Origin: a virus
Reading direction: 5' to 3' (one strand)
Virus record (IMG/VR): IMGVR_UViG_3300031716_000031
Length of the DNA: 35,256 nt
Below are positions 15,346 to 25,029 of this stretch, piece after piece. The stretch's first letter is position 1, and every line of letters starts with the position of its first letter. The notes under the pieces are model-generated. The model saw only the letters and a program-made list of their open reading frames with translations. It did not search any database and was not told where the DNA came from. The position numbers and the translations under genes were made by a program.

Positions 15346-15368
15346 CCCCGCTCTGTCATGGAGCGGGG
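15346..15368 (+). promoter_or_regulatory. Stem-loop after the capsid module (weak terminator or RNA-stability element)
   Basis: CCCCGCTC-tgtcatg-GAGCGGGG forms an 8-bp stem. It is followed by CTT only, so it is not a canonical intrinsic terminator. Confidence 0.4.
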
Positions 15369-15381
15369 CTTAAGGTAAGCC

Positions 15382-16086
15382 ATGACGACTGCCATTGATA
15401 TTATCAAGCGTTCTCTTCGTTCAATTAATGTCATTGGACGAATGGAAGCTCCTACTGCTGAAATGGCAGCCGATGCGCTTGATACATTGAATGATATGTT
15501 GGGGACATGGAGCAATGAAACGCTCCTTGTTTTCCAGAATACGCTCGTTAACTTTCCACTAGTTCCGGGTCAAAACAATTACACGATTGGTACGGGAGGA
15601 AATTTCAATATTCCTCGGCCAACTTCAATAGAAAGTGGGTATATCCACTGGAATAATGTTGATTATCCGCTTTCAATGATAAATACTGATCAATATGATG
15701 GTATTCCAGTAAAAAGTAGTCCAAATCAAATCCCCTATGCGATGTTGATTTATCCAGACTTCCCACTGACTACCATCAAATTGTTTCCGACGCCAAATGA
15801 TTCGACTGCGCAGCTTTTTCTAGAAATAAAGAACCCATTTACTGAATTTGTTAATCTCACGGATACAGTGGATATGCCACCGGGTTATGTAAATGCGCTG
15901 TATAGGAATTTATCTATGGAATTGGCCCCTGAATACGGAGTACAACTTAATCCTTCGATAAGTTTGATGGCGTCTAATTCTAAAAAGTGGTTGAAACGGA
16001 CGAATTACGAGACATTAATCATGGAATTGCCTGAAGAACTACCGACAGGTCGTGGGGCTTGGGATCAAAATGGGAACTATGTATGA
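15382..16086 (+). CDS. Head-to-tail adaptor, P22 gp4-like
   Basis: IIKRSLRSINVIGRMEAPTAEMAADALDTLNDMLGTW parallels P22 gp4 DLVRAALRKLGV...QDAVDDLEAMMAEW. NALYRNLSMELAPEYGV parallels AVFHNLACRIAPDYAL. Confidence 0.65.
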   Translation: MTTAIDIIKRSLRSINVIGRMEAPTAEMAADALDTLNDMLGTWSNETLLVFQNTLVNFPLVPGQNNYTIGTGGNFNIPRPTSIESGYIHWNNVDYPLSMINTDQYDGIPVKSSPNQIPYAMLIYPDFPLTTIKLFPTPNDSTAQLFLEIKNPFTEFVNLTDTVDMPPGYVNALYRNLSMELAPEYGVQLNPSISLMASNSKKWLKRTNYETLIMELPEELPTGRGAWDQNGNYV

Positions 16087-16652
16087 ATAATTTTCAGGTA
16101 TTGGCTACGGGTGTTGATGTATTACCGCTTTTGCTTGCAATTAAACGCCGACCTGAATTGTGGAAAGAAGATACTTACTTGAGGGATTATCCCCAAGGCC
16201 CATTTGGTGAGATTGAATCGATCATGCTTCGGTTTCCACCAAGAAGTGTGTATGAAACAGAAGAGGAATTAAAGAAAGCTCAAGTCACGATTGATCAGCA
16301 TGAAAATGTCGATCAACCTGCTTACAAGATTCTTCATGAAGCTCGACCATTAGTAATGGATTTGATGCATCGTGTGGGAGGAGAAAGGCTTGGGCGCGTG
16401 ATGATCAATAAAATTGCACCGGGTGGAAAGATTTACCCGCATGCAGACACTAAAGATCATTGCGAGTATTACACTCGATTTCACCTTGTACTATGGGGAA
16501 AACCGGGTGCTGTGATTCGGTGTGATAAAGAACAAATGGATATGAAAACTGGAGATTGTTTTTGGTTTAACAATGCACTTGAACACGAAGTTATCAATAA
16601 CTCGGGTGAAGAACGTATTTCGATGGTGATCGACATAAGGACTTCTCGATGA
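16083..16652 (+). CDS. Aspartyl/asparaginyl beta-hydroxylase-family (cupin, Fe(II)/2OG oxygenase-like) protein
   Basis: INKIAPGGKIYPHADTKDH...RFHLVL...GDCFWFNNALEHEVINNSGEERISMVIDI fits the Asp/Asn-hydroxylase family pattern, with H-x-D and a distal H. ATGA overlaps occur at both gene ends. Confidence 0.65.
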   Translation: MNNFQVLATGVDVLPLLLAIKRRPELWKEDTYLRDYPQGPFGEIESIMLRFPPRSVYETEEELKKAQVTIDQHENVDQPAYKILHEARPLVMDLMHRVGGERLGRVMINKIAPGGKIYPHADTKDHCEYYTRFHLVLWGKPGAVIRCDKEQMDMKTGDCFWFNNALEHEVINNSGEERISMVIDIRTSR

Positions 16653-17104
16653 TTACTTGCCATGTAGAGAGCTTTGAGGAACGTCTGGAAGAGCTTAAGA
16701 CGCTTTTGCCTGCTCACTATAAGGAATTGGCACTTAATCAAGACAAAGTCCCGCTATCGCCTCAATATCACGTTTATATTGAAAGAGAGCATCAAGGTAG
16801 TTTGTTGTTTGTCACACTGAGGGATTCCGGGGAAATGGTGGGTTATCTGATTGGATTCATCGCTCCCGGACTTCATTATCAAACCTGTCTTACATGTATC
16901 ACGGATATTTTTTATGTCCGACAAGATAAACGTGGTAGCCGCGCTGGTGTGAAATTGCTCAAGTTTGTTGAAGAAGAATTGAAGCGACGTGGCGTTCAGC
17001 GTTGGTTTATTGGATCAAAGAAACACAAGGATGCATCTCCATTATTTGAATACATGGGGATGAAAGAAGTAGAAACGACTCATAGCAAATGGATTGGGGA
17101 TTAA
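16649..17104 (+). CDS. GNAT-family N-acetyltransferase (151 aa)
   Basis: FYVRQDKRGSRAGVKLLKFVEEELKRRGVQRWF matches GNAT motif A (R-x-x-G-x-x-A/G followed by a helix). ATGA overlap with the hydroxylase gene. Confidence 0.65.
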   Translation: MITCHVESFEERLEELKTLLPAHYKELALNQDKVPLSPQYHVYIEREHQGSLLFVTLRDSGEMVGYLIGFIAPGLHYQTCLTCITDIFYVRQDKRGSRAGVKLLKFVEEELKRRGVQRWFIGSKKHKDASPLFEYMGMKEVETTHSKWIGD

Positions 17105-17105
17105 C

Positions 17106-18110
17106 ATGGTCGCTGCTGCTGTTGTCGGCTCAGCCGTCGTCGGAGGTGTAGTTTCATCTAATGCAGCCAGTAGTGCAGCAGATGCGCAAACGCAAGCTGC
17201 TAATCAAGCTGATGCTACCCAACGCTATATGTATGATCAAACGCGAGCAGACAATGCTCCGTTTCTTCAAACAGGAACTGCGGCCAATAGCAAGCTTGCG
17301 TATCTTCTTGGGATCGGTGGTTCACCTACAGGATCATATTCATCTTCCTCTACCTTAACTCCTAATGATCTTGTAGATACAAGTTCAGGAGACTGGAAGC
17401 CTAATGCTCAACTATATGCGACTGATCCAGCATATAAGTCAGCATGGGATAGTTTTATCGCTGGTCATATTGCTCAATTTGGTGATATGCCAAATTCTGC
17501 AAAAGGTTCTGATCTTGCCAAAACTATCTCTGCATTAAGTCAATCTGTTGATCTTAATTCCTACAATCAACAACAACAGAATCAAGTTTCCAATGATCCG
17601 AATTATGGATCATTGCTTAAATCATTCTCTGCCCAAGACTTGGCGAATGATCCTATCTATCAAAGTACCTATCAAAATGCGCTCGATACAGGAACCAAAG
17701 CTGCTAATCAACAAGCAAGTGCAACTGGTAGCTTGTTGTCTGGAAACACACTGAAAGCGCTCACAAGGTTTGGTGCAAATACCGCAGCAACCTATGGTAA
17801 TGATGCCTATAACCGTTACAATACCAATCAAACTAATACATATAACCGATTGGCTGGAGTAAGTGGTACAGGTCAAACGGCTGCTGCCCAAGTAGGCGCT
17901 TCTGGACAAAACACCGCTAATGCGATCAGTAATAACCAAACGGCACTCGGAAATGCACGGGGTGCCTCGGCGATTGCGCAAGGAAATGCATTCAACAATG
18001 CACTGAGTACGGGGGTTAATGCTTACCAGAATCAGTCATATTTGAATTCTCTGAATAGTGGATATCAACAAGCTCCTGCACCTGTGACTAACTTGGATAC
18101 TTATAGCTAA
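17106..18110 (+). CDS. Internal virion / ejection-type protein 1
   Basis: The N-terminus is hydrophobic and Gly/Ala/Val-rich (VAAAVVGSAVVGGVV). The rest is Q/N/A/T-rich low-complexity sequence, typical of podovirus ejection proteins. ATG follows TAA-C after the GNAT gene. Confidence 0.5.
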   Translation: MVAAAVVGSAVVGGVVSSNAASSAADAQTQAANQADATQRYMYDQTRADNAPFLQTGTAANSKLAYLLGIGGSPTGSYSSSSTLTPNDLVDTSSGDWKPNAQLYATDPAYKSAWDSFIAGHIAQFGDMPNSAKGSDLAKTISALSQSVDLNSYNQQQQNQVSNDPNYGSLLKSFSAQDLANDPIYQSTYQNALDTGTKAANQQASATGSLLSGNTLKALTRFGANTAATYGNDAYNRYNTNQTNTYNRLAGVSGTGQTAAAQVGASGQNTANAISNNQTALGNARGASAIAQGNAFNNALSTGVNAYQNQSYLNSLNSGYQQAPAPVTNLDTYS

Positions 18111-18112
18111 TC

Positions 18113-19315
18113 ATGCCTATCGACGCTTCCATTTATAGTCAAATCCGCCAACCGGATATTGAACAGCCAACGAATGCTTTGGCGAATATCACTCAACTGC
18201 AAAATGCTCAAACTCAAAATAAGCTGGGCAATCTTCAATTGCAGAATGCCACGGATGCTCTGACAGCACAAAACGCTCTCTCGGCTGCTTATCAGGCTGC
18301 TTATGATCCGACTACTGGACAGGTTGATAGCAAGAAATTGATGAGCACCTTGGCAACTTCCGGCCAAGGCTCACAACTACCTACCGTTCAGAAAACTTTG
18401 CTTGATCAAGCAAAGGCTCAACGAGAAGCCGACAAAGCAAAACTTGAAGGCGTTAAACAACACATAGAACTCCAAGGACAGCTTCTTGGTGGTGTAACTG
18501 ATCAGACCTCTTGGGATAACGCACTTCGTGTTGCTCAACAAAATGGAATTGATACCAGTCAATTTCCTACGACTTACAATCCTCAGGTCGTTAATCAACT
18601 TCGTTTGCGCGCTTTAAGTGCGAAAGATCAAGTTGATAATGAATGGAAGTCAAAAGGCTACGATCTTGATGTCAAAAAGTTTGATTATCAAAGACAAAAT
18701 GACGCGGCTAATCGTGCAGTTACTATTCGTGGTCAAGATAAACCTCAATACGATCCGACTACGGGTGCATTGATTGATATACGGACTGGAACTGCTAAGC
18801 CTGTTATTGGGCCGGATGGTCAACCTATTTCCGTTGGCGGAAAGGCTTTGACTGAAGATCAAGCCAAGGCCGCAGCATGGTTGGCTCAATCTGAAAACGC
18901 CTTTAAGAATATGCAGTCTGCTGTCAAACAATCTAAGAGTGCGTCTACACCGGGATTGGGTGATGCTGTGAGTTCTTTACCGTTGATGGATGCGGTTGGT
19001 AATTACATTACGCCAGAAGCTCGCCAAAAATATAAACAAGCTTCTAGTTCTCTCTCAGAAGCACTTCTTCGTGCTGCTACTGGTGCAGGGGTTAATGAAA
19101 GCGAAGCACGCCAAAAAATTGCCGAAATTACTCCACAATTTGGCGATTCAGATGCGGTTATCAAGCAAAAGATGGATTCAATTCCAGTCTATATTGAATC
19201 TCTCCGAGGTCGAGCTTCACCCAAGGGGGCTGCTAATGCTGAAAAGGCAGTCTCTAAAGCTGGTTCTCAAGATGCTTCCTCAAATATTGATGCATTGTTG
19301 AATAAATACAAATAA
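18113..19315 (+). CDS. Internal virion / ejection-type protein 2
   Basis: The N-terminal half is Q/N/A-rich and coiled-coil-like. It is tightly linked to the flanking genes (2-nt gaps). Confidence 0.45.
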   Translation: MPIDASIYSQIRQPDIEQPTNALANITQLQNAQTQNKLGNLQLQNATDALTAQNALSAAYQAAYDPTTGQVDSKKLMSTLATSGQGSQLPTVQKTLLDQAKAQREADKAKLEGVKQHIELQGQLLGGVTDQTSWDNALRVAQQNGIDTSQFPTTYNPQVVNQLRLRALSAKDQVDNEWKSKGYDLDVKKFDYQRQNDAANRAVTIRGQDKPQYDPTTGALIDIRTGTAKPVIGPDGQPISVGGKALTEDQAKAAAWLAQSENAFKNMQSAVKQSKSASTPGLGDAVSSLPLMDAVGNYITPEARQKYKQASSSLSEALLRAATGAGVNESEARQKIAEITPQFGDSDAVIKQKMDSIPVYIESLRGRASPKGAANAEKAVSKAGSQDASSNIDALLNKYK

Positions 19316-19317
19316 TC

Positions 19318-20994
19318 ATGGCTGATATTAATCAACTTCAGGATGCGCTTATCAAAGCTGATGCAGCTGGTAATACCGACGATGCACGCGCTTTGGCGGA
19401 TGAGATTCGCCGCCTGCGAAACATGAGTCCTACAGTCGAATCTCCAACGACTGAACCTTCTTTGTTGGATAGGATTAAACAGACCAATCGTGATATTGGT
19501 GGTGGATTTCTTAGAGGAGCAGCATCGATTGGATCGACGATCCTGCTGCCTGCTGACATGATCAATCAAAAGTTACGCGGAGAAGATTTCTTTTCTTTGA
19601 AAGATAATCTTCAACGTCGTGCTGATGTTGATCGTGGTCTTCAATTGATGGGATCGAATCCAGAATCTGGTGCTTATAAAAACGCGAAAGTTGATACAGA
19701 AATTTTAGGTACTTTGGGAGTGGGGCCAGCTATTGCAGCAGCTTCTAGAGCTATCCCTATAATTAGTGCATTAGCCGAATCTGCTCCAGTCATTCAACGA
19801 GGAATCAATGCTATTGAATCGGGTGGCATGAATATTGGTTCAGGTGGCTCAAATATTTGGAATGCACTGACTCGTTCAGCGGGCGGCGCGATTACTGGCG
19901 GTGCTTCTACAGGTCTAATTGAGCCTGATCAAGCTAAATCTGGCGCTATTATCGGGTCTATTCTTCCTTTAGCCCTTAAGAGTGCTGGTGTGGTGGGTAA
20001 TAGTGTAGGCTCTACTGTAGGAAATAAACCACTCGATCCTAATTTGCTAGCTGCTGCTAAAAGAGCTAGTGATCTTGGGTATGTCATCCCTCCCACTCAA
20101 GTCAATCCAACGATTAAAAATAGATTGTTGGAAGGCTTTGCCGGAAAGATTAGTACTGCACAGAATGCAAGTGCTAAAAATTCGGATGTAACAAATGCTT
20201 TGGCTGCGGCGTCGATTGGGCTTCCTACCGATACCAAGATCAATCCAGAAACGCTTGATGCTGTTAGAAAAGAAGCTGGAAAAGCATATGAGGCTGTTTC
20301 TAAATTACCAATTCAGACGGCCCAGAAGGCAGATACGTTGCTTAACAAACCAGCAATTGAAGAGATAAATCCTAAAGAAATGGTATTTGATCTTCGAAAT
20401 GCTCGAAATGACGCAACGGCTTGGTATAACTCTTACGCGAGAACTGCTGATCCTGATTCCTTAGCGAAAGCCCAAGCTGCAAAATCGTCTGCTGAGAAGA
20501 TTCAAAAGAGTCTGGAAGATTACGCGAAAAGTGTTGGACGTGACGATCTTATTCCAGCAATGGTAGATGCACGTCAATTGATTGCTAAGACTTATTCAAT
20601 TGAGAAGGCATTTAATCCAACGACTGGGACAGTCGATGCTAGGAAACTCGGAGCAATGCTAGAAAAGGGTAAACCTCTCAGTGGTGGTTTGAAGGATGCT
20701 GCTGAATTTGCAAACCGTTTTCCTAAGGCTGCTCAAACGCCTGAAAAAATGGGAAGTCTCCCGCAAGTCAGTCCTTTAGATTACATGGGTGCTGGAACTC
20801 TTTCAGGCGTTATGGGGAATCCGCTTGCAATGGCAGGCGTCCTTGCTCGGCCCGCAGCAAGAGCGGCAATTCTCTCTCGTCCAGTGCAGCGTGGATTAAC
20901 GAAACAGAATCCCAATAGGCTAACTGAAATCCTTGCTGATCCTGAGCTTCAAAAGCTATTTGTACGAAGCTCAACTGCTACTAGCGCCCAGTGA
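19318..20994 (+). CDS. Internal virion / ejection-type protein 3
   Basis: 558 aa, Ala/Gly-rich with hydrophobic stretches. It is third in a run of three, analogous to P22 gp7/gp20/gp16 by number and composition only. Confidence 0.45.
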   Translation: MADINQLQDALIKADAAGNTDDARALADEIRRLRNMSPTVESPTTEPSLLDRIKQTNRDIGGGFLRGAASIGSTILLPADMINQKLRGEDFFSLKDNLQRRADVDRGLQLMGSNPESGAYKNAKVDTEILGTLGVGPAIAAASRAIPIISALAESAPVIQRGINAIESGGMNIGSGGSNIWNALTRSAGGAITGGASTGLIEPDQAKSGAIIGSILPLALKSAGVVGNSVGSTVGNKPLDPNLLAAAKRASDLGYVIPPTQVNPTIKNRLLEGFAGKISTAQNASAKNSDVTNALAAASIGLPTDTKINPETLDAVRKEAGKAYEAVSKLPIQTAQKADTLLNKPAIEEINPKEMVFDLRNARNDATAWYNSYARTADPDSLAKAQAAKSSAEKIQKSLEDYAKSVGRDDLIPAMVDARQLIAKTYSIEKAFNPTTGTVDARKLGAMLEKGKPLSGGLKDAAEFANRFPKAAQTPEKMGSLPQVSPLDYMGAGTLSGVMGNPLAMAGVLARPAARAAILSRPVQRGLTKQNPNRLTEILADPELQKLFVRSSTATSAQ

Positions 20995-21087
20995 AACCTT
21001 TCCACATATTGTAGAAGAACGCGATCAGTACAAGAATAATCAATTTCCAGATCAAGAAATCAATATAGGTCATTTTATAAAAATACC

Positions 21088-22725
21088 ATGTCAATTATTA
21101 CCTTATTTGGGCTTGGACAGACTGGTAAATCTTTAGCAGTCACAGCCCAATCTCACCTTAATCTTTATTGTGAAGTCAATCCACAAGGTGATAAAGGTAC
21201 CACAACATTCTACGGAACCCCGGGGCTTATTCTATTCGAAAGTTTCGGTGAAACGCCAATTCGCGGAATTTTAGGCATAGGTGATCTTATTTATGTAGTC
21301 CATCGTGGGACTTTATGGAAGCTTGATAATTCCGGTGTAAAGACCATGTTGGGGACGCTTTTGACCTCAAGTGGGCGCGTTTCCATGACTTATAATGGAG
21401 TTCAACTCGCGATCACAGATGGAACTGGATATTACGTTTATGTCCTGACACAAACTCCACAACCTATTCAAAGCATCACTAATGTAGGTACGACGGCGAC
21501 ATTAAATACGACTTCACCTCATCTCAGATATACAGGTGAAACAGTCACTATTTCTGGAGCAACGCCTGCGGCTTATAACGGAACCTTCCAAATCACTGTT
21601 GTTGATGCGGATACTTTCACCTATACGATGCTGAGCAATCCGGGCGGAAACGCAACGGTAGTAGGTTCGTATACTGTTACTTCGTCTTTTATCACGGTGA
21701 CAAGCAATCTCATTGGAACTCCCATTGATATAACTTTTGGTGATGGATATGGGATTTTGGCTTATGCAAATGGTCAATTCCAGAAAACAAGTGCTTACGA
21801 CTTTACTACGCTTGATGCTCTCGATTTTGCCACGGCAGAATCAAATCCAGACGGTCTTGTAAGAGATTTGTATGATCATGGTGAGCTTATTCTTTTTGGA
21901 ACGAATACGGTTGAATTCTGGAGCAATACAGGGGGGCAGGATTTTCCCTACTCAAATCAACGTGGAACCACTCTTCAATATGGATTAGCGGCTAAATGGT
22001 CGCTTGTTCAATATAACGATTCAATCGCTGCACTTTTCAAGAATGCGATGGGTCAAGTTCAAGTCATGAGGATGGCTGGACACGCACTTCAAGTTATTAG
22101 CACGCCAGAAATTGACTACATCATCAATAAATATTCGACTAAATCGGATGCGACTGCCTACTGTTATATGTTGGGTGGTCATCCTATGCTTCAAATTAAT
22201 TTTCCCAGTCAACAGAAATCTTGGCTTTATGATGGCTTGACTCAGATGTGGTCGCCCCTTGAATCAGGGTTGAATGGAGATAGACATCGTGGAGAGATAA
22301 TTATTGATTACTTGAATAGTCCGCGTGTTACTGATTATTCAAATGGAAATATCTATACCTTGGATGCTGATACTTACACAGATAATGGTGTTCCCATTCC
22401 CCGTGAAATTGTCACAAAAACTGTTTACACGGGTCTGAACAAGAGAATTGCAGTCCATCGTTTAGGTGTTGATTGCCAAACAGGAAATGGATTGATCAAT
22501 GGTCAAGGTTCGAATCCACAAATCATGCTTCAGGTCTCTAAAGACTCAGGAAGAACATGGAGCAGCGAACTTTGGGTTTCGATGGGGAAAATTGGTGAAT
22601 ACGTTCGAAGAGCCTATTGGACGTGTTTGGGTTCTTCTTATTTCTGGACATTCAAGTTCAGAATAACCGATCCCGTTCCTGTCGTATTGACTTTTACTGA
22701 TGCAGATTCAGAGGTGAGAAATTGA
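21088..22725 (+). CDS. Tail hub / packaged-DNA stabilisation protein, P22 gp10-like, with an inserted domain
   Basis: The motifs parallel P22 gp10 as I recall it: SSGRVSMTYNG vs GSGRVSMAHG, AESNPDGLV vs AESQPDGII, and NTVEFWSNTGG vs STIEYFSLTGA. An extra segment at about aa 121..205 contains ETVTISGATPAAYNGTFQITVVDADTFTY. Confidence 0.65.
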   Translation: MSIITLFGLGQTGKSLAVTAQSHLNLYCEVNPQGDKGTTTFYGTPGLILFESFGETPIRGILGIGDLIYVVHRGTLWKLDNSGVKTMLGTLLTSSGRVSMTYNGVQLAITDGTGYYVYVLTQTPQPIQSITNVGTTATLNTTSPHLRYTGETVTISGATPAAYNGTFQITVVDADTFTYTMLSNPGGNATVVGSYTVTSSFITVTSNLIGTPIDITFGDGYGILAYANGQFQKTSAYDFTTLDALDFATAESNPDGLVRDLYDHGELILFGTNTVEFWSNTGGQDFPYSNQRGTTLQYGLAAKWSLVQYNDSIAALFKNAMGQVQVMRMAGHALQVISTPEIDYIINKYSTKSDATAYCYMLGGHPMLQINFPSQQKSWLYDGLTQMWSPLESGLNGDRHRGEIIIDYLNSPRVTDYSNGNIYTLDADTYTDNGVPIPREIVTKTVYTGLNKRIAVHRLGVDCQTGNGLINGQGSNPQIMLQVSKDSGRTWSSELWVSMGKIGEYVRRAYWTCLGSSYFWTFKFRITDPVPVVLTFTDADSEVRN

Positions 22726-23075
22726 ACAACGCACCTATTCAAGAAAACGTCGGTAATGGGTGGACGCCTGCATGGTCTGCATTCTTCACCCAATTGGTTA
22801 GAGCAATTGGATGGGTTAATAGCTGGTCGTATAAATTCACTCTAGATTTCGGGTCAATTCCTGCAAATTCTGAATCAGCTGGAATGAATGTAACTATCTC
22901 TGGAGTTAAACAGGGAGATTCAGTTAACATCACACCTTATACAAATACTGTTGGCATTTCATACAAGGGACTTGTTACTTCTGATAACAATGTGACAATC
23001 TATGCAATAAATCATACAAGTAATCCTATAAATCCAGCATCGATGCAATATAACATCATAGTCCTACAGAATTAA
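22722..23075 (+). CDS. Hypothetical virion-associated protein (117 aa)
   Basis: The TTG start overlaps the upstream TGA (22722..22725). The N-terminal WTPAWSAFFTQLVRAIG motif recurs in small tail-module proteins. Confidence 0.5.
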   Translation: MNNAPIQENVGNGWTPAWSAFFTQLVRAIGWVNSWSYKFTLDFGSIPANSESAGMNVTISGVKQGDSVNITPYTNTVGISYKGLVTSDNNVTIYAINHTSNPINPASMQYNIIVLQN

Positions 23076-23084
23076 AGGCCCATC

Positions 23085-24557
23085 ATGGCAAAACTTAGTC
23101 CAGTATTCAATGATCAGACTATCGACATCAACGGAAATCCGTTGAATGGTGGGAAGATTTTTACCTATGTGGCCGGTTCATCTACAAAAGTAGCAACTTA
23201 CACCGATGCTGCTGGAACTATTCCACAGACTAATCCAATCATTATTAATTCATTGGGTTATCCAACAAATGGCCCTATTTGGATTGCCGAAGGTACTCTA
23301 GTTAAATTTGTCCTTGCACCTCCTACTGATACCGACCCTCCCACTTCACCTATCAAGACAATTGACAATGTTCAAGGGGTCAATGATGCGAATGTTACTA
23401 TTAGTCAATGGACGCCATCGGGTTCATCTCCTACATATGTAAATGCTAATACGTTTACTCTTATTGGGGATCAAACGAGTGCATTTGAGGTGGGTCGTAG
23501 ACTTCAATTTACGACCTCTCTTGGGACAGTCTATGGGACGATCCTGACGTCTACCTACACGACGCTTACTACCGTGACAGTGCAGATGGATGGAAGCCAG
23601 ATTCTTGATTCTGGACTTTCATCTGTTAATTTATCTGTACTCACTACGAGTAATCCATCCTATCCAAATTTCCTAGATAATATCCTTAGGATTGTTAATA
23701 ATTTGGACAGGACGAAGAAGATTGCATTTGATGCCAGTGGAATCACAACTGGACAAACTAGAACACTTACTGTTCAAGATAAAAATGGGACAATTGCTCT
23801 CGTTTCAGATGTTCAACAGGTTCAAGGAACATTCAAAAATCTCAGAGCATCTTCCACTGGAACAAATGCATCTATCAGTGTTTCTGTAGATGAAATTGCA
23901 TTAGAAAATTCATCAAACCAATATCAAACGGTTCGATCTGTATCTTTAACGATCAATAGTGCAACAACTGGTGCAAATGGATTGGATACAGGGACGCTCG
24001 CTGCATCCACGCTTTATAACATGTTCGTTATATGGAATGGAACGACGGTTGCAGGACTTATTTCTTTATCTGCAACGGCACCCACCCTTCCAAGTGGTTA
24101 TACCTATTTTGCTCGCGTAGGTGCCATATTTACTGATGGAACTGCAAATAAGTATCCTTTAAGCTTTAGGCAATTTGGACGACAATCTCATTTAGTTATT
24201 GCAGCTGCTACAAATGTATTGGGTGCTCGATTGATGGCAAGCGGAGTTTCTGGAAATGTTGTAACTCCAACATGGGTGGCTGTTAGTACGGTTAGTTATA
24301 TTCCTCCGACTGCATCATCAATTCTTGTTGGCATGTTTGCAAATGCAGTCAGTGCGGTTGCTATCCTTGCACCAAATAATTCATATGGGCCAACCGGTAA
24401 TACAACTGCGCCTCCATTTACACAAATCAATGTAAGTAGTGGGGGTGGTGCTCCTATTAATTTTGGATGGATGCCGATTGAGTCCACGAATATTTATTGG
24501 GCGGCAAACAATGCAGCATCTTATTTATTCTGTCTTGGATGGGAGGATAACCTGTGA
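23085..24557 (+). CDS. Tail fibre / receptor-binding protein
   Basis: The N-terminus FNDQTIDINGNPLNGGKIFTYVAGSSTKVATYTDAAGTIPQTNPIIINSLGYP is a widespread tail-fibre/tailspike N-terminal anchor motif. The remainder is Ser/Thr/Asn-rich. Confidence 0.7.
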   Translation: MAKLSPVFNDQTIDINGNPLNGGKIFTYVAGSSTKVATYTDAAGTIPQTNPIIINSLGYPTNGPIWIAEGTLVKFVLAPPTDTDPPTSPIKTIDNVQGVNDANVTISQWTPSGSSPTYVNANTFTLIGDQTSAFEVGRRLQFTTSLGTVYGTILTSTYTTLTTVTVQMDGSQILDSGLSSVNLSVLTTSNPSYPNFLDNILRIVNNLDRTKKIAFDASGITTGQTRTLTVQDKNGTIALVSDVQQVQGTFKNLRASSTGTNASISVSVDEIALENSSNQYQTVRSVSLTINSATTGANGLDTGTLAASTLYNMFVIWNGTTVAGLISLSATAPTLPSGYTYFARVGAIFTDGTANKYPLSFRQFGRQSHLVIAAATNVLGARLMASGVSGNVVTPTWVAVSTVSYIPPTASSILVGMFANAVSAVAILAPNNSYGPTGNTTAPPFTQINVSSGGGAPINFGWMPIESTNIYWAANNAASYLFCLGWEDNL

Positions 24558-24853
24558 GTTATGCAATAAGAAATGATGGTTTAGGATGGCGTTCAGTGAG
24601 TGGGCCACAAGATGTTATGGCAGACGAAACCTATAGTGAGATAGAACCTGTTCTAGTTCCTACTAAATCTCAACGTCTGGCCGAACGAAACGCACAATAT
24701 GCTTCCGATATGTCTGCACTTCAATCTCAATGGCTCGCTGCTGCCGTTGAAGATGGAGATGCCGAAGTAGATCGAAAGACAGACGTTGAAGCTGATATCG
24801 CTGATACTAAATCTCAATATCTGGCCGATTTGGCCGCAATTAGGAATTCTTGA
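24554..24853 (+). CDS. Possible tail-fibre assembly/chaperone-like protein (99 aa)
   Basis: GTGA overlap with the fibre stop, with GGAGG upstream. It is acidic and contains an internal TKSQ(R/Y)LA(E/D) duplication. The call rests on position. Confidence 0.35.
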   Translation: MSYAIRNDGLGWRSVSGPQDVMADETYSEIEPVLVPTKSQRLAERNAQYASDMSALQSQWLAAAVEDGDAEVDRKTDVEADIADTKSQYLADLAAIRNS

Positions 24854-24855
24854 TC

Positions 24856-25029
24856 ATGGAACAAATTGCAGAACAGAATGTTGTTAATTCATCTACTCCA
24901 ATTATTCAACCTCAGGCAGTGACAAAACGCTGTCCTGTAGACGCTACACGTCTTGTTCAACAAACTGATCCTGATTTCGGCTTGTGTTGGGTATGCCCTA
25001 CGTGTGGATATATAGAACCGATCTTGTAA
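24856..25029 (+). CDS. Small zinc-ribbon-like protein (57 aa, below ORF-track cutoff)
   Basis: Hand translation gives MEQIAEQNVVNSSTPIIQPQAVTKRCPVDATRLVQQTDPDFGLCWVCPTCGYIEPIL, with C-P...C-x-x-C-x-x-C. Confidence 0.45.
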   Translation: MEQIAEQNVVNSSTPIIQPQAVTKRCPVDATRLVQQTDPDFGLCWVCPTCGYIEPIL

